NCBI RefSeq assembly: GCF_963921235.1
Contig: NW_026948269.1
Location: 372,001 to 436,000, forward strand
Reading direction: 5' to 3'
DNA from: Mobula hypostoma
Lineage: Eukaryota
DNA: 64,000 nucleotides
Under the pieces are notes generated by a model. It was not told the origin of the DNA. It saw nothing but the letters and a program-made list of their open reading frames with translations, and ran no database searches. Positions within the stretch are counted from its first letter, which is position 1. The number at the start of each line of letters is the position of its first letter. Below, piece by piece: positions 13,000-22,925 of this stretch. Made by a program: the position numbers and the translations under genes.

Positions 13000-15600
13000 A
13001 CTCGGACTAACTCGGCCAGCACTTCACTAGGCAAGGATCAGTCCCACTAACACCGAGGTGTTAGCACTAGCATTTTTAATACATTCCGCGGCACCAAGTA
13101 ATCCACGCCCAGCTAATTAAAAGCCCCGATTCTCGACAAGCTTACCAGTAACTATTCTGATAAGAGAGAAAATTCGAAGGACGCTTTCTTGGACACCAGC
13201 AAACTCTGGAGGAGAAGTAAGTGGAAGTACCCAAAGACAATTGCCGCTTATATATCAGCTAGGTAAGAACAACCTGTAGCACATATAAAAACCCGAAGCG
13301 CGACGATGCATTGTAATTATAATTAATAAAAGGCAGAAAATATGAAACATAAATAGCAAACGACAGAGACCACAGAATACTATACCGACGATCTGTGGTT
13401 ATGACAGAACTCCTCTCCCTAAGGCTGGCACCTGATGGTCCAGGGCTATCTGTAAACGATTTAATTCTGAAATAAGTTTAGGGTCCAAAATATCCCTGGA
13501 AGGAACCGAAACTCTTCCTCCTGATCCAGTCACTCGCAGTCTGCCAAGTATTGTATTTGTCCCCTTAACTTCCGTGGATGAAGCCGTCTAGGGACCATGT
13601 AGAGAGGCTACAGAGGGGCTACAAAGTAAATGTTTCAATGTACAGTCATGAGAGGTGGAATGAATTCTCGCAGAACGGGAAAGTTGTTATTTGTATGTTA
13701 CTGGGTTAATTTTCCTAATGACTCTCGTGAGACCGGTAAAGCGAGGGGCTATTTTCCGTGATTCCAGTTTTGAGTGGAAGATCTTTAGGTGAAAAGCAGA
13801 CCCGCTGACCAATATAGAAATAAAGACCAAGCCGCCTCTTTCTGTGGTCGTTGGCCTGAGTATTTTCTCCTTGAGCCAATTTTGTTTGTGCCTGTGAACA
13901 CAGTGTACAGCTGAGAGTATCCCAAACTCCGGATCAGGGAAGTGAGGCGGCTGAAATCCAATTGTCCTTGAAGCGAGTGATACCAAATGATAAACGTTGA
14001 AGAGGATTGTTACCGAACTCCGACTAGATAAGATGGTCACTCCAAGAGGACAGATAACCGGACAAAAGGCAGCGAAGGGTTCGGTCCTGGTCCTGGTTCG
14101 TCCTCTTTCTCTGTCCACTAGTTTGAGGATGGAACCTCGAGGAATGCCTAGAGAGGTAGCCCCAATCAACGTTCACAATGCTTCCCTAATTTGGAGCTGC
14201 ATTGGGGACCTCTGTTTGAAACAAAGACAGTAGGATAACCACCTGTACGGAAATTCGGTGCATAAGAATATCTGCTGTCTCTCACTCTGACGATCGCTTA
14301 GTTAGAGAAATGAACTGGAATTCCCGTGGACCACAACTAAAATAGCGGGAAGGAATTGATTGGGGGCAGGCAGGTAATATAATCTAGAGAAAGGCGGGGG
14401 ATGGGGCATGAAGGAATGGGCAGAGGTTGAAGAAGTCCCTGAGGAAGGGAATTAAGATCTTTGTACTGGACACAGATATCACAGCCCTGGACGAGCAAAG
14501 AAATATCCATATATATGCCGGACCACCAGCATTTTTTAATGAACTCCAGAGTCCGGCAGATAGCCAGATGATCTGTTATCTCAAAAGTGTGATCCCATTT
14601 AAGAATCACAAAAGTTATCGCAGGTGGGAAAAATAATCGACTAGTCCAAGAACCCCGCTTATTCTCTTCTACGGCTTGCAGATCTTGGGAATATGAACTC
14701 GACGAGACGGGATCAATAACCTTTTGCCCGATGTAATGGGCTCCCAACTTCTGCAGCATATCTGGGTCTTAATTGCATCAGGTTTCTGATCTTTAGAACC
14801 AAGACGATTTGGTATAATAAAATTAAATAGTTATAAAAATAAAACAGTGACCACCAGACTTGCGGGGAATTCAATCTTTTCCCGTCCTAAAAACAAGTCA
14901 AGTACTTATGGTCCGTCCAGAGACTGAATGGGTGCCTAGTCCCCTCAAACCAATCCCATTATTCCTCTTGTGCGAAATTCACCGCCAGGAGTTGTCTATT
15001 TCACATTTCCTCATTCACCTCAGCGAGTGACAGAAAAAAATAGGCACAGGGATGCAGTTTCTGGTCCGCAGTGAATTTTTGAGATAAATCCACACCCATA
15101 CCAATATCAGGGGCCCCGACCTCAACAAGGAAGGGTAGCTCGGGAGCAGGTGAACGTAGAACTGGGGCAGTAACAAAACGGCTCTTGAGCTATCTGACAG
15201 CTGTGTCAACCCTCAGGGACATCGAGTAGATCACGATGTCTTTTTGGTGAGATTAGTCAGAGGGGTCGCTATTGAGCTAAATGTTTGAATAAACCTCTTG
15301 TGCAGGTTTGCGAACCTAAAAACTGTTGAACTTGTTTAACAGAATTGCTTGAAGGACAGACTCGCACTGCACGGGGTTTTTCAAGGTCCATGAGCAGATT
15401 TCATTGGGGGGTGGCAAATTCAAAAACGAGAATTTCGGGACGGGGCGTTCACTTTTCTCTAATGTCACAAACAAGTGATTCTTTAACACGCATTGGAGAA
15501 CCTGACTTACCCCCACTTTCTGCGTAAGAGAGTCTGGCTGGGAACACCCAACAGCTTGAGACATGTAAGGCGTATATAAGTATTAAATGCATTCTCCTCG
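13000..15600 (-). mobile_element. Highly decayed sushi-like Gypsy (RT, RNase H, integrase, chromodomain, PPT and 3' LTR start)
   Basis: VSQVLQCVLKNHLFVTLEKSE (RT); integrase Zn region ...CWWSGIYMDISLLVQGCDICVQ..PQGLLQPLPIPS..LSLDYITCLPP; RKIAPRFTG; minus-strand purine tract GGGAGAGGAGTTC then TGTCATAA at ~13407. LTR extent approximate. Confidence 0.75.
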
Positions 15601-16183
15601 TTTATAAATCTCAGTATTCCGAGCAACAAAAAATCTCATCATTTTTCTGCCTCCCCTTTCACCGCCGGCTTGCTCTTGGTGCCGTGCGATCAAACAGGGT
15701 CACCACCGCATATCCGGCCGGTATTGTATAATCACTGGGTTTGCGTGCAGACCCATCTGTGAATGATATCAGGTTCGGATTAACCAACGACACAGAGAAT
15801 AAATTTGAAAGGGGCGAGGTAACTAATTCTACAGCTTTGATGCAGACATGTGGTTCGCCTTCCTCTGCTAAAGGCACTAACGCGGCAGAGTTTAGTGCCT
15901 ACGCTCTTAATGATAAATTAACCTTAGGAGAATTACCTCATGCGCCGTAGGTCTGACGTTTGTAAAGGTGCAAGGTCACCGCCGAAATCAGGAGAAGCAT
16001 CACTTTAAGGGGCGTTAAGACAGTACAGGCGTAATCTAGCAGTAGCGGCTCAGCTTTTTGAACCAACACTGTGGTGGCGGCTACAGCTCGCAGGCATCCT
16101 GGCATTTCCCTTACCACACGGGCGATGAGGTGGAATGGCAAGCCTCCGGTCTCATTAGTCCCCAATGTTCCTGGGTCAATACT

Positions 16184-16329
16184 GACCCTAACCTAACCCT
16201 AACACTAAAACTACCTAACCCTAAACCTAGCTAAAGCTAAACCTACCTAATCCTACCCCGATCTAATCCTAACCGTATCCTAACCTCACCTTAACCCTAC
16301 CTAACTCTAATACTAAACCTACCCTAACC
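16184..16329. repeat. Degenerate (CCCTAA)n interstitial telomere-like tract
   Basis: Run of CCCTAA/CCTAA/CCTAC variants flanked by the direct repeat CAATACT (16177-16183, 16330-16336). Confidence 0.8.
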
Positions 16330-16965
16330 CAATACTCTCCTGTATCTTCAATGCCCCATACTCCTGAGTCAGCACTGCACTGCCCTGTGCTCCTTTCAGC
16401 TTACGTACACCTCGAAGGGTTTGCTATAGTCAGGCAAACCCAAGTCTGGTGCTTGCTTCAGCGCGTCCTTCGGAACCTCGAAGGCTCCTTGCCTGTCTTC
16501 AATCCACAGGACATTATCTCTTTCAAAACCGCTGTTCTGAGGACAGCATCACGGAGACGGTGTTCTGGGTTGCACTATTTGAAATCCCGCACAAAACCCC
16601 TTCAAAACCCACAAACCCCACAAAACAGCGACAGGTAACGCTGGAGTATTACACGGACTTTGAGCCGGCCGAAGAACCCCCTTTCTGCAGGCTATTACGT
16701 TCCATATTTATTAGCACATTTATATACACCGTCCAGTCTTGTATTTGCCAATTCAAATTTGTTAATTTGAAGGAGTGGGTCACCTCAGGTCCGAGGCAAT
16801 TTAGCAGCGTCGCACTCGTTATGTTCTAAGGAATTCCTCCATTAGCTTCCCACGTATTGGTAAATCTAGCAATAAAATCGCTAAATGTTTCTCCGTTCAT
16901 TTGCATACATCTCGTGAGTTCTCCAAAATCACCTACTCACTGCCTTACTCACTCTTCCTTCAGTT

Positions 16966-17002
16966 AGTCCTGACGAAGGGTCTCGGCCTGAAACGTCGAC
17001 TG
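16966..17002 (+). ncRNA. Minimal type-I hammerhead ribozyme motif on a short Penelope terminal-repeat insert
   Basis: AGTC-CTGACGA-A-GGGT-CTCG-GCCT-GAAA-C-GTC-GACT: stem I AGTC/GACT, intact CUGANGA and GAAA core, GUC cleavage triplet. Confidence 0.8.
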
Positions 17003-17949
17003 CGCCTCTTCCTATAGATGCTGCTTGGCCTGCTGCGTTCACCAGCAACTTTGATGTATGTTACTTGTTTAGCTATCAGGTTGCTTACAATCCCTTAGCC
17101 ATCCTATCATGACATCCCTGGATGATGCTGGACCGTCTCCTGTCGAGTCCCCTGATGCATATATTCTTACTTCAGGGATTTCCTCCGTTGCCGTCTGCTA
17201 AGGGACTATAATATTCTCGGTAGGGCCTGTATATCTTCCGGCAAGGGATGAAAAATTCGCTGGTCTGGATCAACCGCTTCAGCACCGCCACACGTTTCCG
17301 ATTTGGGTGGGGAGCATAATTCCGAATTGGCTCAGCCGGGCTCAAAGGTTTTAAAATGGCCATATCTCACAAAACCAATATCTGACCCAACCCCTGATCT
17401 GCGGAACCGGCTGGCCCTGTTTCCGTCTCTGCCTTGGATCGAGTTTTGCTGACGAGACCAATTCATGTACCCGCCGAAGAATCTGGATTCTCCCTGCCCG
17501 TCCCGCGGTCTTGTGATTCTGACCTTTACACCGTTCTAAGCGCCGCCCCACTGGTGGCGGCTGTCGTTGCCTCTGCCGCTGGTGATCACGTTGCTGAGAC
17601 AAACCCAGAACCATCCCATGTGTTCGGGGAGCTCCGGATAAGGAGGTGGGGCGTTATCTGAGGGTACAGTCCGGTGCCTGAGACAGTCGGAGCAGAGGGT
17701 CTCGATGGGTTACCGCTGCCCTCTGAGGGGCCTGGTTTTCTGCTTTCTTGCTGTTAACCTTTGGTGGCTAATGCTTTCTCGCCATCTCTTCCAATTTATT
17801 AAAACACCACATCATATATTCTAAGTCCCAGTTTGGATTCCTAACCCCAACTTCTGTTTCGTGTTTCCAGTACTGAATGTTCTTTAAATCGAAAGATCCA
17901 CCATACAGGCAATCACCGCAAATATATGCATGCACGTCACCGGAGAATG

Positions 17950-18245
17950 GCACAGAGTACCTCGTGTTCCCTGTTTCCAAATAAACCTTGTCCACATGTT
18001 TGGCGGGGTCGGAGGTTGACTTTATGTAGCCGAGGAAACCCGAGTGTTTCATACATATTGCGTCTGGAATCCTTTCTGACCACACCCAGCAAATTCAACC
18101 GCATCCAAACCCCTTGTTCTAAGGAGTTGCGAGTCAATATTAGTAAAGTTAAAATCACCCGTCACAAAAACGTTATTATTATTCCAGTGTTGCATAATAT
18201 GCCTCCCTATCTGCTCCTCGATGTCTCTGTTACCACTAGGGGAAA
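17950..18245 (-). mobile_element. CR1 endonuclease fragment
   Basis: IEEQIGRHI..FVTGDFNFTNID in ORF 18049-18315. Confidence 0.7.
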
Positions 18246-18835
18246 AACACGCAAGGAGCAAGAACTCACCGCGTAATGTGGTTCTCCACCTGCCTTCCGC
18301 TGTCGCCGATACCACTACAGAGCACCGAGCTACGTGTAGTTGGTTGACAACATGCTTTTAAAGCAAGCAACATTATGAAGTGCAGCTTGTTATTGAAGAT
18401 TCCTCTTCTGCACTCCCACTTAGTCTTCTTCCCTGCAAACGCTGGCGCGGTCAGTGTCAGTGCTTGGACTGGTTTAAAACAGATTGTGGGCCGGTGAAGA
18501 CAAAACAGCACATGAAACTTATTCGGCCTCTGTGAAGCTTGAAATACTGGCCGTTCCTTTGGATTTTATCGAAGCGGAGCGAGAAAGGAACATGGGTATC
18601 ACCACGGAAACAGCGAGACAGCTGGTCATCCTGAGTAAGAAAGGTTAACACATTTCCTTCCCGATCGTTGCCAGATGAGATGCCGCCCCTCTCATTTATG
18701 CTCTGCCTCACGATAACAGCTGAGAACGCCGCAGACAGGGGAATAATTCCGAACAGTGGAATAAGAATTAAAGATTTATGAATCAAGGAAATTAGAATTA
18801 AAATTAGATTTACTTCTAATTTAGCGGAGACAACA

Positions 18836-20257
18836 TGTTATGTACCCCTGGGGTTCGTTTTTGCTGTGGACTGTCACTTTTAAGGCACAAGAAAGAACTG
18901 AGACTATCTTTTGGATTTCTGCTGAGAGAGAGACAGGGGCAAAGTCTGCCTTTCAGCCTGCGCTTACACTTTTACAAGGACACTGACTACTGCTGTCAGC
19001 TTCTGGGCTGCCATGGAAAGAGAGGGGAAGAGAGAGAGAGCAACGATCAGCGCGTAAGTCATCGTGGTAACCGAGGCTGGAGTTATTTGATGGACAATCG
19101 ATGTTATGGTTTCTCTGCAGCGCTTTTGCCTTTTACAAGGGCAGCTACAGACACAGAGAAACACAGGCTCAGAGTCAAGATGGATTCGGTCATTGAAAGA
19201 CACCAGTCAGTCGGTCGCCGGATTAAACTTTCAGTGACCCGAAAAGGAGTGAGTTGAGATCGATCCTGAGTATTGATAAATGACTCCCACAACTTGTCTG
19301 CAACTAGAACAAGTTTGCAGGAAGAGAACAGAAGAGAGATAGGTTTGAAACAGAAGAAACCGAGTGACAAAGAGGTCACTGTTTGGACTCTCTCTCTAAG
19401 TAGCCCGTAAGGGTGAGTTTGATTCTATTCGAATGCGAAGCTGTGATTGTCAATTTGTTAATCTGCAGGAGTGGGTTCTCTGGTGAGGGGAAACCTTTGT
19501 GAATACCACTTGTGTGTTACTCTTGTCTGGGTGTGGTAGTTCACTGATAAAAGGCACCCCTGTGGCAAATCACGGTTGGCGTTATTTCGTATGTCGTGGA
19601 ACTGGATAGGTGGCTATCACAGTTGTGTGTTTGGGGTAACCTTGTGTGGAAACTACCTGTGTCTGATAATCCTAGCCTGGGTTGGTAGTTTTACCACTTG
19701 AAGACGGTACCACAGTGATAGAATACTGTTGGTGATGATCCATACGTGGATTCTGTTGGAGTACCCTGTGGCCACCACTTTGGGATGTCCCGTAGCTGAA
19801 TTCGGGTGCGGTACCAGTTGTGTTGGAAGGATATTCGTTGACGATCACTGTCGGTGATATTTCGTGTGTGGAGTGGAAAAACTTCGGGGATAAAACCTAC
19901 TATTTCTATTTTGTATTGTTGTCGTGGAATCTGTGGAATATCGACGTAATTGTCTTCTCTCGGCATTTACCCTGGATTACAAATATCTCTCTCCATCACT
20001 GCTCAACTCAACACCACGAAATGAACTGGACTCTACTCATCACTGTAAGACTGTGTCCATTTACCTCTAGGCTTGAAGAAGCTTGTTTATATGTATATAT
20101 TTCCACACTTATATACATATAATGTTTCCTAACCTGTTTAATGTATCTGAATTTATATGACTGTATGGCGTAGTTATTAACAAACAGCATTAGTTAATAG
20201 ACTCCAAAGTGTTTTCTATTTCTGCTGGCACTTTAACCCGTCACGGGGTACGTGACG
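18836..20257 (+). mobile_element. Solo LTR (~1.4 kb) with internal degenerate tandem repeats
   Basis: Terminal inverted repeats TGTTATGTACCCC ... GGGGTACGTGACG; repeated 'accacttgtgtg/cctgggtgtggtag'-like units at ~19480-19860; no ORF. Orientation tentative. Confidence 0.65.
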
Positions 20258-20934
20258 ACTCTGAAAGTGCAGTAAATCGCTTATATCGGAATGAAAAGAA
20301 GAGAGTCAACACCTTACGCTAACTTGGGCCAAAACTCTACCTATGAACTTTGTATTGGAGACATCAGTTGCAACACGGAACATATATATGACTCTAATGT
20401 TTAAATATCTGTGTGAAGCGCCTCTTCCTCTGCTTCAAGGAGAGAATGACACATTCTCCGCTGCAATCTGAAATGTTCCAGTTTCTGCTGAAATCTCTCT
20501 GCAGAAGCTCCACTGCCATCACACCCGTTACTTGTGAAGAGCAGAAAGGTTACGATACTCTAATCGGACCAATCTTATATATTATTGCATCATGACCTTT
20601 CCTGTCAGTGGAGGCGGGTATTCGGAATATATTAAGCACCACATTATCGATCCGCATCCCTACCGTCATTGATGTTTGAACTTCCATTTCTTGTCCGTCT
20701 CTACATCAGCACTCTTTGTGAATATCCCAACCCTACTCACCCATGAAGGTAATCACTGCGTACCTCAATATTGACCTCTCCCTGAACTTCACTGTCCATC
20801 TTACAAACTGATCAATTTCATGCAATAACTGATGACTCTTTGGCTTATTACTGCACCGGGTAACGAGACACGTGAAAGGCTCTTCTTCTGCGTCATTCAC
20901 TTCAGACCAGTCAATACATAAGTACATCGAGGTA

Positions 20935-22420
20935 GCAGATCAGAATAGAAAAACAGAATATACAATCAGCACTACAATATGCAGGAGGAACCCAGCAGGC
21001 CCGACAGCATCTAGGAAAAGAGGACAGTCGATGTTTCGGGCCAAAATCCGTCGGCAGGACTGAAGAGTATACTGATGGGACTTGAAAGGAGAGGGGTGAA
21101 GAACAGAGCTGTGAAACAAATTGGTGAAAGAAACAGAAAGGCAGGGAAGAAAGAAAAGAGGGTAGTGGAAGGAGCACGAGAGGGAGGCGATGGGCTGGCA
21201 AGGACATGTGAGAGAGGGAATCGGAAATGGTGAAGTTGGGGGATGTGAGTCATTGCCGAAAGTTCGAGAAATCAATGTTCATGCCATCGGTTTGGAAGCT
21301 ACCCAAATGGAACATAACGTGTTGTTCCTCCAACACAAGTGTGGTCTCAACACTCGAGTGGAGCAGGACATGGATAACATATCGGAATGGGAATGGGAAG
21401 CAGGTTTAGAATGGGTGGCCACTGTGGGCACTGGGAGATCCCACTTTTTCATACAAACGGAGCATAGTTGCTCGGCGAAGCAGTCCCCCAATCTACGATG
21501 GAGCTCACAGATATACGGGAGGCCACGTCGGAAGCACCAAACACAGAATATGATCCCAACAGGCTCACCAGGAAGGACTGTTTAGGGTCGTGAATGGTAG
21601 AGAGGGAGGAGGTGTAGGGGCAGCTGCAGCAGTTGTTCTTGCAAGGATAAGTGCCAGGAAGGATATCAGTGGGGAGTGACGAATGGACAAATGAGTCGCG
21701 TAGGGAGAGATGTCTGTGGGAAGCAGAAAGTGGGAGAGGTGTTGTTCCTCCAACCTGAGTGTGGCTTCATCTTTACAGTAGAGGAGGTCGTTGATAGACA
21801 TATCAGAATAGGAATGGGATGTGGAATTAAAATGTGTGGTCACTGGGAGATCCTGCTTTCTCTGGCGGACAGAGCGTAGGTGTTCAGCAAAACAGTCTCC
21901 CAGTCTGCGTCGGGTCTCGCCAATATATAAAAGGCCGCATCGGGAGCACCGGACGCAGTATATCACCCCAGCCGACTCACAGGTGAAGTGTCGCCTCACC
22001 TGGAAGGACTGTCTGGGGCCCTGAATGGTAGTGAGGGAGGAAGTGTAAGGGCATGTGTAGCACTTGTTCCGCTTACACGGATAAGTGCCAGGAGGGAGAT
22101 CAGTGGGAAGGGATGGGGGATGGGACGAATGGACAAGGGAGTCGAGTAGGGAGCGATCCCTGCAGAAAGCAGAGAGAGCGGAGAGAGAAAGATGTGCTTG
22201 GTGGTGTCATCCCGCTGGAGGTGGTGGAAGTTTCGGAGAATGCCGTACTGGATCCGGAGGCTGGTGGTGAGGACAAGAGGAACCCTATCCCTAGTCGGGT
22301 GGCGAGAGCATGGTGTTAGAGCAGATGTGCGTGAAATGGAAGAGATGCGGTTCAGGGTCGTGTTGATGGTGGCGGAAGGGAAGCCCCTTAATTTGAGGAA
22401 AGAGGACATCTCCTTCGTTC
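20935..22420 (-). mobile_element. Penelope-like retroelement fragments (RT C-terminus, GIY-YIG endonuclease, terminal repeat)
   Basis: HFTCESAGVIYCVRCSRCGLLYIGETRRRLGDCFAEH (GIY-YIG); degenerate hammerhead on minus at ~21025-21062 (CTGCCGA core). Confidence 0.9.
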
Positions 22421-22589
22421 CTAAACAATGCTGTGTTATATTTGCAGAGAAAGTGCAATTCAGATTGTTGAACAAATAAATACGACTATTGACCTAATTG
22501 TCGACAACGCTACCAATTTAGTTCATCTGCAAATCAATTGTCACTGTTGGAACATATGTAACGAATGCAGATGCTCTGTCGGTTTAAGC

Positions 22590-22842
22590 ATTTGCATCAT
22601 TTCGAAGGTCATATGTAGAATTATTGAATTCTTTTGCTTCATACTGGCTCCAAACTTCGTGACAGCTGTTTCAACAATAACGATAATAAAACCGAGAGTG
22701 TTTTACAACAACATTCATTGACTTCTGAACCGTCATTTCTTCGTCGTTGAGATTTTGAAATTTTGCATCAAGCTCCCAGCTGTTGGGAGACACGTCAGCC
22801 TTGTGTAGTATTGAATATTCGGTGTGCTGGAGCGAGTATAAA
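22590..22842 (+). promoter_or_regulatory. Putative core promoter of GPCR paralog 2 (TATAAA 22837-22842; TTTGCATCA 22591 and 22762; GGGAGACACGTCA 22785-22797)
   Basis: TATAAA lies 89 nt upstream of ATG 22926; motifs shared with paralog 1. Confidence 0.55.
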
Positions 22843-22925
22843 TGAATGAGCGTGGAGACTCATCAGCTCAGTGTTTCTTCAGCGAGATCGCGGGCAGCTG
22901 GAAGTCAGGCTGAATCTCACACAAC

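Larger units (their letters stand above)
15660..17940 (-). mobile_element. Endogenous retrovirus remnant, class I (epsilon/gamma-like): gag and pol pieces
   Basis: Gag late motifs RPSAPT..LYPQI and APPPYPEL (~17625-17705, two frames); capsid major-homology-region-like CMQMNGETFSDFIARF (~16860-16910); RT connection AFEVPKDALKQAPDLGLPDYSKPFEVYV (~16400-16490) and PGCLRAVAA; RNase H EEGEPHVC...FTDGSA...AGYAVV (15659-15877). Confidence 0.85.

Noticed and set aside
20825-20900. ITDDSLAYYCTG followed by CACGTG, reminiscent of an Ig/TCR V-segment end
   Set aside because: No open V framework, no WYxQ motif, imperfect heptamer and no nonamer; cannot be supported without a profile search.
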